Source: Desulfobacterales bacterium
GTDB lineage: Bacteria > Desulfobacterota > Desulfobacteria > Desulfobacterales > UBA5616
Length of the DNA: 64,000 bases
Direction: 5' to 3'
Assembly (NCBI GenBank): GCA_046483495.1
Contig: JAWODC010000074.1
Location: 32,001 to 96,000 of the forward strand
The notes under the pieces are model-generated. The model was given only the letters and a program-made list of their open reading frames with translations, had not been told where the DNA came from and made no database searches. A program made the translations under genes and the position numbers. This document shows, piece by piece, positions 31,332 to 40,431 of this stretch. Numbering within the stretch: position 1 is the first letter of the stretch; every line of letters starts with the position of its first letter.

Positions 31332-33023
31332 ATGAACATGACAGCTGCCTATGACAAAATTTGCGATGTTCTGGTGGAAGCCGGAATCGATCATGTTTTC
31401 GGAATCCCCGGTGGCGGGACCATTCCCATCTGGAACGCCCTCTATGACCGACAGGACCGCATCAAAGCGGTTCTCACCCGACACGAACAGGCCGCATCCT
31501 GTATGGCGGATATTTACGGCCGGGTCACCGGCAGACCCGCCGTCTTAATGGGCCAGGGGGCCTTTATTGCCTCGTCCGGTGGTTTCGGCATTCTCGAAGC
31601 ATACCTTTCCAATACCCCCATGCTGATTCTCACGGACACCTCGGACATGGGAACCTTCAGTCAGCATGCCAGTTACCAGTCGGGAACCGGCGAATACGGA
31701 TCTTTCGATATTCGGGACATCTTGAAGGCCATGAGCAAATTCACCACGTATGCCGTTACACCTGAAGAGGCTGTTCAGGGCATTCAACTGGCCGTGAAAC
31801 ATGCCATGGCCGGCCGCCCGGGTCCGGCCGCCGTCGTAATGCGGAGCAGTGCGATTTCCGGCGATATCGATGAAAACAGGGTTCCCAGGATCTACCCCAC
31901 GTCCGGTTACCTGAAAGGATCGTTGCCGACCGCACCACGCGAGGAGATCAAAAAGGCCGTCGGCCTTCTTTCCGAGGCAAAAACTCCCGTCATTATCGCC
32001 GGAAACGGCGTTCACCTCTCAAAGTCGTATGATGCATTGCGGCGTTTGTCCGAATCGCTGGGCATACCGGTCGCCTCCAGTTACAAGGGAAAAAGCGTAT
32101 TCCCCGAAACCCACCCCCTGGCGCTTGGAATGATGGGGAGCTTCGGACAAAAACTGGCGAACGATGAAATCGCCCGTGCGGATGTCATCCTGGTAGCAGG
32201 CTGCCATCTGGCGCCGAGCGACACGCTCTTCGAGAGCCCCGACCTTATCAAGCCGGATGCACAAACCATCATACAAATCGATATCGATCCCCGCAATGCA
32301 GGGTGGACCTATCCCGTATCCCATGCACTGGTGGGTGACCTCAAGCACATTATGGGAAGTATGGCGGATATGGTCGACAGGAACAGCCCGGCCGCCGAAA
32401 ACCGTGAGTCCGAATTGGCCGAACGCAAGCGCGCCTCGGAATTTTTCACGGCGCCGGAAGCCGCTTCCGATGACATTCCCCTGCTCCCGCAGCGAATTGT
32501 TTGCGAGATCGATAAGGCCGTTGATGAACATGCCCTGATAACCCTCGATGCGGGAAACAATCGGCTTTGGATGAGTCATTTTTTCAAAAGCAAGGCCGCA
32601 GGCAGTGTTTTTTGTCCCGGCGGAGCGGCTGGCATGGGATACGGACCTCCGGCGGCGCTTGGACTGAAACTGCTTCACCCGAACCGACCCGTTTTATCCG
32701 TGAGCGGGGACGGGGGGTTTGCCATGGTTCCCCATGTCCTTTCCACGGCCGTACAGTACCGTCTGCCCGTGGCCTTTCTCGTGATGAACAATTCCGGATT
32801 GGGAATGGTGCGCGACATCCAGGGCGACAAAATTATTGCAACGGAATTTTCACCGACGGATTTTGCCCGAATCGCCCAAGGGTTCGGATGCCGGGGGGTC
32901 ACGGTTCACCGTGCCGAAGAAATCCAGCCGGCCATTTCAGAAGCCTTTGGCGCGGATCTGCCCACGGTTATCGACGTGATAACGAGCCCTTCGGAGCCCT
33001 TTTTTAAAATCTGGAACCGATAG
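31332..33023 (+). CDS. ThDP-dependent enzyme, acetolactate-synthase-like family
   Basis: VFGIPGG, RHEQAA, GRPGP, GMGYG, GDGGF...NNSGLG. Confidence 0.92.
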   Translation: MNMTAAYDKICDVLVEAGIDHVFGIPGGGTIPIWNALYDRQDRIKAVLTRHEQAASCMADIYGRVTGRPAVLMGQGAFIASSGGFGILEAYLSNTPMLILTDTSDMGTFSQHASYQSGTGEYGSFDIRDILKAMSKFTTYAVTPEEAVQGIQLAVKHAMAGRPGPAAVVMRSSAISGDIDENRVPRIYPTSGYLKGSLPTAPREEIKKAVGLLSEAKTPVIIAGNGVHLSKSYDALRRLSESLGIPVASSYKGKSVFPETHPLALGMMGSFGQKLANDEIARADVILVAGCHLAPSDTLFESPDLIKPDAQTIIQIDIDPRNAGWTYPVSHALVGDLKHIMGSMADMVDRNSPAAENRESELAERKRASEFFTAPEAASDDIPLLPQRIVCEIDKAVDEHALITLDAGNNRLWMSHFFKSKAAGSVFCPGGAAGMGYGPPAALGLKLLHPNRPVLSVSGDGGFAMVPHVLSTAVQYRLPVAFLVMNNSGLGMVRDIQGDKIIATEFSPTDFARIAQGFGCRGVTVHRAEEIQPAISEAFGADLPTVIDVITSPSEPFFKIWNR

Positions 33024-33037
33024 CATGGAGGCATCCT

Positions 33038-33826
33038 ATGACATTGAAGGGTAAAACGGCCCTGATTACAGGAGCGGCGCGAGGCATCGGCCGCGCGCAT
33101 GCGCTGCGGTTGGCGTCTTTGGGTGCGGATATCGTCATTAACGATATCAATCTCAAATCGCATGAAGAATTCGGCGAAAAGATAACCGCCGAAACCGTTA
33201 TGGATGAGGTGAAGGCCCTGGGCGTTCACTGCATCGGTATCGAAGCGGATGTCACACATAAAGAGCAGGTGACCTCGATGGTGAAAAAAGCAGTGGACAC
33301 CTTCGGCCGCGTCGACATCCTGATCAACAATGCCGGCGGGCTGGCCGGGGAAATGGCGGAAAGTTTTGCATCATCCGTTAGTGAGGCCGATCTGACCGCT
33401 ACCATCGATCGTAATCTCATCGGCACGATTTTCTGCTGCCAGGCGGCGGCGCCTGCAATGAAGGCGCACGGTTGGGGAAGAATCGTCAACACCGCTTCCC
33501 AGGCCGGCTTGAGACCCCAGCAGGGCGGCATTTACGCGTCTTATGGTGCGGCCAAAGCCGGCGTTCTCGCTTACACCCGGTATTTGGCCGTCGAATTGGC
33601 GCCTTTCGGCATCACGGTCAACTGCATCGTACCGGCCTATGTAGCGACCGACCGGCTGGCCACCCGGGTATTCAACCAGATGGAAAATCCTGCCGAGACG
33701 CTGGGAATTCCCTTAGGCAGGCTTGCCACACCCGACGACGTGGCCAAGGTAGCGGAATTTTTTGTGACCGATTTAAGCGATTATGTCACGGGGCAGTATC
33801 TTTCGGTATGCGGCGGCGCGGTTTAA
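33038..33826 (+). CDS. SDR-family oxidoreductase
   Basis: TGAARGIG, NNAG, TAS, YGAAK. Confidence 0.93.
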   Translation: MTLKGKTALITGAARGIGRAHALRLASLGADIVINDINLKSHEEFGEKITAETVMDEVKALGVHCIGIEADVTHKEQVTSMVKKAVDTFGRVDILINNAGGLAGEMAESFASSVSEADLTATIDRNLIGTIFCCQAAAPAMKAHGWGRIVNTASQAGLRPQQGGIYASYGAAKAGVLAYTRYLAVELAPFGITVNCIVPAYVATDRLATRVFNQMENPAETLGIPLGRLATPDDVAKVAEFFVTDLSDYVTGQYLSVCGGAV

Positions 33827-33834
33827 ATTGACTT

Positions 33835-34668
33835 ATGCTGAAAAATAGAGACACCAGGGTTCAGATCGTTATCGTAGAAAAAGGGAAATACATCCTTTTA
33901 CAGCATCTGGCAAAAAAAGAAAACAAGACCTTCTGGGGCCTGCCCGGCGGCGGCCGAGAACCGGGTGAAACCGACGAGAAAGCCGCTATCCGTGAGGCTT
34001 GGGAAGAAACAGGCCTTTGCATCCGGCTTCTGCCGGTAAAGCATGAAATCCTGTTGAGCGGCAAAAAATTCGTTTACGACCGTATTGTCACATTCCTTGC
34101 CTATCCGGTTTCCGGTAAAGCCGGAGTCGGTTATGAACCCGAGGCCCGGCTGTTCGCCGCCTATAATTATGCACTCATCGGATTACGGTGGCAGCATTTT
34201 TACCGGGATGAGGGTCTGACGCCGTTTACCGAAAAATCGATCCATCCCATACGCAACCTGCTCGAATCCGCACCGATACAACACAGGGTGGGACTGATTG
34301 TCCATCACCGGGATAACGGCGCTATGAAATTTCTTTGCATCTCCTCCCGGCGTCATCCCGGTTGCCTGGAAATGCCCCATATCGATGTGGCTGAGAGCAA
34401 TCCTTCGAAGGCGGCTGTTATTTCCCTTGCCGAACAACATTTGGGGATTTCGCTGGAAAGCCCCGTGGATCGGGGATTCTTTTTCCACGAAAATGACGGC
34501 CGGTATTACCGAACAGATGTTTTTTCCATTTCATTGGAGAGCGTCCCTGCAAAACTTCGCCGAAATTCCTGCCACTGGCTCGATCGGCGGCAAGCGGCAC
34601 GCGAGGGGCGATTTCGAGAAGACAGGCGGTTGATTTTGGAATCGATAGAAGAGCTCATGTCCTCCTGA
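33835..34668 (+). CDS. Nudix hydrolase with second degenerate Nudix-like domain
   Basis: Intact Nudix box GGREPGETDEKAAIREAWEETGL. Confidence 0.82.
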   Translation: MLKNRDTRVQIVIVEKGKYILLQHLAKKENKTFWGLPGGGREPGETDEKAAIREAWEETGLCIRLLPVKHEILLSGKKFVYDRIVTFLAYPVSGKAGVGYEPEARLFAAYNYALIGLRWQHFYRDEGLTPFTEKSIHPIRNLLESAPIQHRVGLIVHHRDNGAMKFLCISSRRHPGCLEMPHIDVAESNPSKAAVISLAEQHLGISLESPVDRGFFFHENDGRYYRTDVFSISLESVPAKLRRNSCHWLDRRQAAREGRFREDRRLILESIEELMSS

Positions 34669-34716
34669 ACAGGAATTTTACGATTTCACACTCACTTCTG
34701 AAAGGCTTTATGTATT

Positions 34717-37080
34717 ATGGATAAAAAGATCATCGACATCGTAATGCGGTTTCGCGTTCTCACGCTGGCTGTTCTGATCGGCATTACCGGCATTTTTGCT
34801 TACGGCATCACCAAAATGGACTTCTACACCGAGTTCATCGAACTCTTTCCCTCCAATCACCCATATATTGAAATCCATAAGGAATTTATGGAGTATTTCG
34901 GGGGGGCGAACGTCGCCACCCTGGTGCTGGAAGTAAAGCAAGGCGACGTGTTCACGCAAGAAACACTGGAAAAAATGATTCGAATACAGGAGGGCGTCGA
35001 ACGCATCCCCAATGTAAATCCCTATCAGGTTTTCAGCATCGCCAGCCGCCGTGTACTCGAAACCAAAGAAATCGCCGGGGGCTACAAGAGAGCGCGTCTG
35101 ATGCCCGAAGTCCCTGAAAACGAATCGGACATGTTCGACTTCAAGGCCAAGGTGTTTACAAACGAGGCATACGGCACCTATGTGTCGACAGATCTGAAAG
35201 CTCTCAGGCTTCAGGCCGCCTTCATCGAAGATCGAATGGATTACACGGAGCTTTTTGATGAATTTATGGAAATACGGGAAAGCGAAGAGGATGCCGCCCA
35301 CAACATCTACCTGGCGGGCGAACCGGTCCTCTACGGCTGGATTTACCATCACTTCAATGAGACCGCTGTGATTTTTTTGATCAGCTGCTTGATACTCACC
35401 GCCTTGCTGTTTTTTTTCATGGGCCGGCAGCCGGTCTGGTGGAGTCCCCTCATCAGTGCATTTTTGAGTGCCGTTTGGGGCTTGGGAATGTCCGGTTTTC
35501 TCGGGTATCAGTTCGACCCGCTGATTATCGTGGTCCCCTTTCTGTTGACCGCCCGGGCCATGAGCCACGGCGTTCAGTGGCTCAACCGGTTCGGCCATGA
35601 GTTCCGAAGGACAGGAGACCCCAAAGAAGCCGCCCGCATTACGGGCATCCATCTGTTCTATCCCTGCACCATCGGTGTCGTCACCGATGCATGCGGCGTC
35701 TTGATCGTAGCGTTGATTCCCATTCCCATTCTGCAGCATCTCGCCATTCTGGGCTTTTTCTGGGGTTTGAGCGTAATTTTTACCGTCTCGATTTTCAACC
35801 CGGTGTTTTTTTCTTTCCTGCCGTTAAAGCGCGGATCATTCGTTGAAAAACCCCATTGGGCGTTTTTGACCAACTTGATGAGAAAAATGGCTGAATTCAG
35901 CATCACCAAATCGGGAAAATGGATTCTGATCACCGCCAGCATCGTGATCCTCGTCCTTGGATTCCATGGATTCACACGCGTTCCCATCGGTGATGTAAAC
36001 CCCGGCTCACCGGTATTATGGCCGGATTCGGATTACAATCGGAGTGTCAATGCCATAAACAAGCGCTTTCTTGGAATGGAGCAGATGTATGTTCTCGTTG
36101 AAGGCAATCCCAATGCCCAGGCCCCTTTATTTCTGCCGGAGACCATGAATGCCATGGATAATTTGAAAGAACACCTGATCGCAAAGGGGGATGTGGTGTC
36201 CGGATTCACGCCGGCCGATGTCATCAAGTCTTTTAACCGGTTGGTCCATGAAAACAACCCGAAATATGACATTATTCCAAACACGGTATTGGAAATATTT
36301 CAGCTGCTGACCATCTTTTACATGGACGCCGCACCGGAAGACATCGATCAGTACATGAGCCCGGGCTTTGCCAACGCCAACGTGAGGCTGTTCTTGAAGG
36401 ATCACCGGGGGGAGACCTTGCGAAGCGTCATTGCAGATGTCAAGGACTGGATCGAAGGACCGCAAAGTCAAATTCTCACGGTATCGACAGATGATCCCAC
36501 AGAGCTCATTCCGGCCGTGACGTTCAGACCGGCCGGAGGCCTGGGCGGGATATTGGCGGCGGCAAACGAACTGATCGAAAAGGCCAATCACTGGCTGGTG
36601 GGTGGAATCCTGGTTTTTATTTTTTTATGCTGCACGATAATCTACCGCTCTTTTTTCGCGGGGTTCATCTTCGTCATCTCCTTGATACTGGCCAATTTCG
36701 TGGCGTTCTGGTATATGGCCTCCAAAAATATCGGCTTGAATATCAACACCGTTCCCGTGGTATCGTTGGGCGTCGGTTTGGGCGTGGATTACGGCCTGTA
36801 CATCGTCAGCCAGATCAAGGAACTGATCCTCGCCGGTGCGAGCTGGGAAAAAGGCATTGTGAACGGCGTTGCGTCCACCGGCCGGGCCGTATTCTACCAG
36901 GCCGTCATGATGAGCGCCAGCGTGTTTTTCTGGTGGTTTTCACCCCTTCGGTTTCAGGCTGAGATGGGATTTCTTCTCGCCATCCTCATGATTATCAATA
37001 TGATTGTGGGTGTTCTTCTGCTGCCGTCTTTGCTGCACATTTTCAAGCCCCGGTTCATTACAAGGGGAGGCAAATCGTAA
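34717..37080 (+). CDS. MMPL/RND-superfamily transporter
   Basis: Two repeats of 1 TM + periplasmic domain + 5 TM; ARAMSHGVQ, GLGVDYGLY, TGRAV, FSPLRFQAEMG. Confidence 0.9.
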   Translation: MDKKIIDIVMRFRVLTLAVLIGITGIFAYGITKMDFYTEFIELFPSNHPYIEIHKEFMEYFGGANVATLVLEVKQGDVFTQETLEKMIRIQEGVERIPNVNPYQVFSIASRRVLETKEIAGGYKRARLMPEVPENESDMFDFKAKVFTNEAYGTYVSTDLKALRLQAAFIEDRMDYTELFDEFMEIRESEEDAAHNIYLAGEPVLYGWIYHHFNETAVIFLISCLILTALLFFFMGRQPVWWSPLISAFLSAVWGLGMSGFLGYQFDPLIIVVPFLLTARAMSHGVQWLNRFGHEFRRTGDPKEAARITGIHLFYPCTIGVVTDACGVLIVALIPIPILQHLAILGFFWGLSVIFTVSIFNPVFFSFLPLKRGSFVEKPHWAFLTNLMRKMAEFSITKSGKWILITASIVILVLGFHGFTRVPIGDVNPGSPVLWPDSDYNRSVNAINKRFLGMEQMYVLVEGNPNAQAPLFLPETMNAMDNLKEHLIAKGDVVSGFTPADVIKSFNRLVHENNPKYDIIPNTVLEIFQLLTIFYMDAAPEDIDQYMSPGFANANVRLFLKDHRGETLRSVIADVKDWIEGPQSQILTVSTDDPTELIPAVTFRPAGGLGGILAAANELIEKANHWLVGGILVFIFLCCTIIYRSFFAGFIFVISLILANFVAFWYMASKNIGLNINTVPVVSLGVGLGVDYGLYIVSQIKELILAGASWEKGIVNGVASTGRAVFYQAVMMSASVFFWWFSPLRFQAEMGFLLAILMIINMIVGVLLLPSLLHIFKPRFITRGGKS

Positions 37081-37116
37081 AAGAAACCATCGAAAGGCAA
37101 AACAATGAAAGGCGTA

Positions 37117-38298
37117 TCATTGTCCATACGCCTGTTCGAGCCACCCAGCGATTTCTTCTTCGGTCGGTTTCTTCGGCGCGAGTTGATAATACTGCCCCAA
37201 CGTGGCGTGATGGGCGATTTCCTTCACCTTTGACAAATCCATGCCCATCGCTTTGAGCGATGGCATTCCGATGTCGGTATAGAATTTTCTCACTTCGGTG
37301 CCGACCGCCTCCGCCGTTTCTGCAGGCGTTTTTCCTTCGGCATTCACGGTCATCAAGGCGGCCAGTTTCTTGAGCTGTTCGGGAATGAATTCCGCCAGGT
37401 AAATGATATTATACGGCAGTACGGAAGCGCAAAGAAATCCGTGTTTGTGGATGCTGCACACTTCGCCGATCGCATGCCCGACGGCATGGCCGAAGCTCAG
37501 ACCGCCCAGTGCTCCGAGAATGGACATAAAGGCGGCGTATGCCATGTCCGTTCGAGCCCTCATGTCATAGCCGTTCTCGAGGGCCGGTCTCAAGCCGGCA
37601 AGCACCAGTTCCACCGCCTTTAAAGCGAATGATTCCCGCATGGGAGACGGCGAAAGCAGCGCCAGCCCTCCCATCAGTCCTTCAACGGCATGCGAAAAGG
37701 CATCCATCCCGGTGGAAGCGGTAATATCAGGAGGCATTTCAGCCATGAGTTTCGGATCGATCAGGGCCGCTGTAGGCATTTGGTCCAGCGAGGCGATCGA
37801 TAATTTAAGCTTGCGTTGGGTATCGGTCACAACCGCCGTCGGGGACACTTCGCTTCCCGTCCCCGCGGTCGTCGGCAGAGCGAAAAACGGCTTCAGCGGA
37901 TTTTCATAGGGAAGAATCTGAAGCCCGTTTAAATTCAGGGCATGATCCAGCAGGGTGCCGGGATTGGTGTAGTCGGCATTCACTGCTTTTGCCGTATCGA
38001 TGGAGCTTCCCCCGCCGATGGCGACAAAGGCGTCCGGCTTTTGGGCTGCGGCGACCTCAGATCCCCGCGTGATGATTTCCATGGGCGGGTCCGGAAGCAC
38101 TTCGTCAAATACGATGACCTCTACGCCGGCCGAGGCCAAGCCCTCCAGCAGCGGCGACGTGAGTCCTGCATCAGCCACACCCTTGTCATGTATACACATG
38201 ACTCGTTTGATGCCGTGTTCCGACAGCCTTTCGGCAAGTTGATCGGAGCACCCTCCTCCCACAATTAGTTTCACCGGAAGATTGAATTCGTAGAACAT
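37117..38298 (-). CDS. Iron-containing alcohol dehydrogenase
   Basis: GGGSSID, PTTAGTGSE, MDAFSHAVE, GHAVGH, HG; start MFYEF after AAGGAG. Confidence 0.93.
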   Translation of the reverse strand: MFYEFNLPVKLIVGGGCSDQLAERLSEHGIKRVMCIHDKGVADAGLTSPLLEGLASAGVEVIVFDEVLPDPPMEIITRGSEVAAAQKPDAFVAIGGGSSIDTAKAVNADYTNPGTLLDHALNLNGLQILPYENPLKPFFALPTTAGTGSEVSPTAVVTDTQRKLKLSIASLDQMPTAALIDPKLMAEMPPDITASTGMDAFSHAVEGLMGGLALLSPSPMRESFALKAVELVLAGLRPALENGYDMRARTDMAYAAFMSILGALGGLSFGHAVGHAIGEVCSIHKHGFLCASVLPYNIIYLAEFIPEQLKKLAALMTVNAEGKTPAETAEAVGTEVRKFYTDIGMPSLKAMGMDLSKVKEIAHHATLGQYYQLAPKKPTEEEIAGWLEQAYGQ

Positions 38299-38358
38299 GT
38301 TTTTCTCCTTTTTTTTATCCACGGAAAAGCGCGGCTGCTTGAAGAAAATCACATCGAA

Positions 38359-39126
38359 TCATTCATATGCCGTGCCGAATGTGACATGGTTGCGATAAAA
38401 TCCGGCGTCATGACCGGGAAAAAAACGTGCGTCCAGCATCGATTGCAGTGCCTTGAAACGGGATATCGCATATTGCGCCGAAACGGTGTTCCATACATTG
38501 CCCGGCGGATGCCCCGTCTCTATGCTGTTCATAAGATAGACGCTGTCCGATCCCAGAATGACAAACCGTCCAGAGGGCAGTTCAACCACCAATGCCTGAA
38601 GCCCCGGCGTATGTCCGGCCGCCATCATGGCCGTAATGCCCGGGATGATCACCCGGTCCCCTTCGAGCAATTCCCATCCGGCACCGGAAAGCCGGGTGAC
38701 GTTGCGGTCATACGCATGAGCCTGGAAAGCATTGGGTGCCATAGCATAGGCGAATTCGTCTTTCTGGACCAAAATACGGGCATCCGGGAAGAAGGGAATG
38801 CCGCCGGCATGGTCCACATGGAGGTGGGAGACAATGACCGCAGAAACATCCCCGGGCCTTACCCCGATTTGGTCGAGCTGATTCACCGCGGTGTTTTCTT
38901 CTGAAATCTCCGGGGCCATTTCCAGGGCTTTCAGAACAGGAAGGGCTCCGGGAGACCACCCGGTATCGTATAGCATCCATCCTTCCCCGGTCTCGAAGGC
39001 GAAAAACGGCGTGATGATGCGCTGTTTTTCACCCATCCCCCGACCCATCATCATCATCCCGGTATCGTACAGGAAACTGCCGCCGTCCAACACGAACATC
39101 CGCTTGACCCGGCTTTTTTCTTTCAT
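38359..39126 (-). CDS. N-acyl-homoserine-lactonase-like metallo-beta-lactamase
   Basis: DTG, SHLHVDHAGG, GHTPG, SDSVY, PGHD. Confidence 0.88.
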   Translation of the reverse strand: MKEKSRVKRMFVLDGGSFLYDTGMMMMGRGMGEKQRIITPFFAFETGEGWMLYDTGWSPGALPVLKALEMAPEISEENTAVNQLDQIGVRPGDVSAVIVSHLHVDHAGGIPFFPDARILVQKDEFAYAMAPNAFQAHAYDRNVTRLSGAGWELLEGDRVIIPGITAMMAAGHTPGLQALVVELPSGRFVILGSDSVYLMNSIETGHPPGNVWNTVSAQYAISRFKALQSMLDARFFPGHDAGFYRNHVTFGTAYE

Positions 39127-39974
39127 CTCGGGATCCCTTTCGGAATGCCGCTTTCACAGGGCACCTTGGTCTGGCAGAGACCGCACCCGTAACCATCGAA
39201 GTTCCATTTTTCCTTTACATATTTGCCGCAGGTGCCGGCGGTATGTTCCATGCATTTTTGCTTGTCGTGCCCCTTTTCCGAGATGGCGCCTACGGGGCAT
39301 CGCTCTGCACACGCCATGCATTTGCCCGTGGCATAGTAAAGGCAGTATTCATGGTGATCGGTATACGGACGTGGGGTAGGGGCCAATCGGACCCGGGCCA
39401 CCACCGATCCGACACGGTGCGCCTTTCCTCTCTTCGTAATCAGTCCGTCACATAAGCCGAAGGTGCCCAGTCCGGAAGCATAGGCGGCGTGCCGTTCGGA
39501 CCACCGGGACGAAAGAAAATATTTTTCCGACATCTCGAACTTCCAATGGGGGGAAAGGGTCGGCGCTACGGCCTTTATGCCGGGCCGACCGAGTTCGTCC
39601 ACCACATGCCGCCGCAGGATTTCGTTGAACCGTTCGCCCGGAAAACGCGCCATGACCCACCGTTCTGATGGATAAAAGTTTTCTTTCCGGTTTTCCGCTT
39701 TAACGGCTTCGCGCTGAATCAAGGCCCAGCTGATCACGGAGAGATCTTCCGGCTTGCCCGGATCATCCGGAAACGTCAGGTTGAAAATTTCCGCCGGCGT
39801 ATAGTGAAACTGCCCCACATACGTCTTGTAGCTGTCATAGATGGGGTCGTTCCCGGCGCTGCAGCCGATGATCGCCTCCTCCCAGGCCGGCTCCCCTGTT
39901 GCCATATGCAATGAATTTTCGGGTGATGTACGGATAAAATCCTTAATAATCGATTCGATGACATGTTTGTCCAT
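39123..39974 (-). CDS. Epoxyqueuosine-reductase (QueG)/reductive-dehalogenase-like 4Fe-4S protein
   Basis: WSERHAAYASGLGTFG, R.GSVV, CMACAERCP, GCGLCQTKVPC. Confidence 0.8.
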   Translation of the reverse strand: MDKHVIESIIKDFIRTSPENSLHMATGEPAWEEAIIGCSAGNDPIYDSYKTYVGQFHYTPAEIFNLTFPDDPGKPEDLSVISWALIQREAVKAENRKENFYPSERWVMARFPGERFNEILRRHVVDELGRPGIKAVAPTLSPHWKFEMSEKYFLSSRWSERHAAYASGLGTFGLCDGLITKRGKAHRVGSVVARVRLAPTPRPYTDHHEYCLYYATGKCMACAERCPVGAISEKGHDKQKCMEHTAGTCGKYVKEKWNFDGYGCGLCQTKVPCESGIPKGIPR

Positions 39975-40098
39975 TGGATTCCCCCATGATTAGGATAGCA
40001 GGCAATCGATGTGCCGATCAGCGCGCGAGCACGGGCAAGTGAATCGGTGTTTTGTGCTCGAGCGCAGCCGGTGAAAGGGTGGTGCCGCTTTTCACGGT

Positions 40099-40293
40099 TC
40101 AGCGTTCTTCCGGCACTCCCAATTTCCTTAGAAGGACCGCCATGGGGCAGGTCTTGGTAAATCCGCTCTGCAGCAGGTTCACGCCCACGAACGCCGTAAA
40201 TAAATACCAATAAGAGCTTACCCAGGTCCCCAAGGCCAGTGTCAATAAAATAAACGTTCCCGCAATAATATGCAACCAATCATCGATGATCAT
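40099..40293 (-). CDS. DUF2892-family small membrane protein
   Basis: IAGTFIL, FVGVNLLQSGFTKTCPM. Confidence 0.85.
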   Translation of the reverse strand: MIIDDWLHIIAGTFILLTLALGTWVSSYWYLFTAFVGVNLLQSGFTKTCPMAVLLRKLGVPEER

Positions 40294-40431
40294 GATGCCC
40301 CCTTATTTTTTATTTTGGCAATAACGTCCATTGGCCGAGGACCGAGGTTTGAACTTCAAAGCCGGCCATCCGACCGCAGGTTACGCTCAAAACCGGATAT
40401 TGCATTCAGGTGTGTCAGGGGGAATCCCGAT

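Noticed and set aside
34708..35739. 343-aa minus-strand ORF, and similar long antisense ORFs (993-1736, 20719-21519, 25735-26745, 47690-48436, 52161-52973, 62513-63244)
   Set aside because: They shadow well-supported genes on the opposite strand and have no recognisable motifs; expected in GC-rich coding DNA
39123..39974. Calling this queG or a reductive dehalogenase
   Set aside because: Only fold-level similarity; no TAT signal or rdhB anchor, and canonical QueG motifs not recognised
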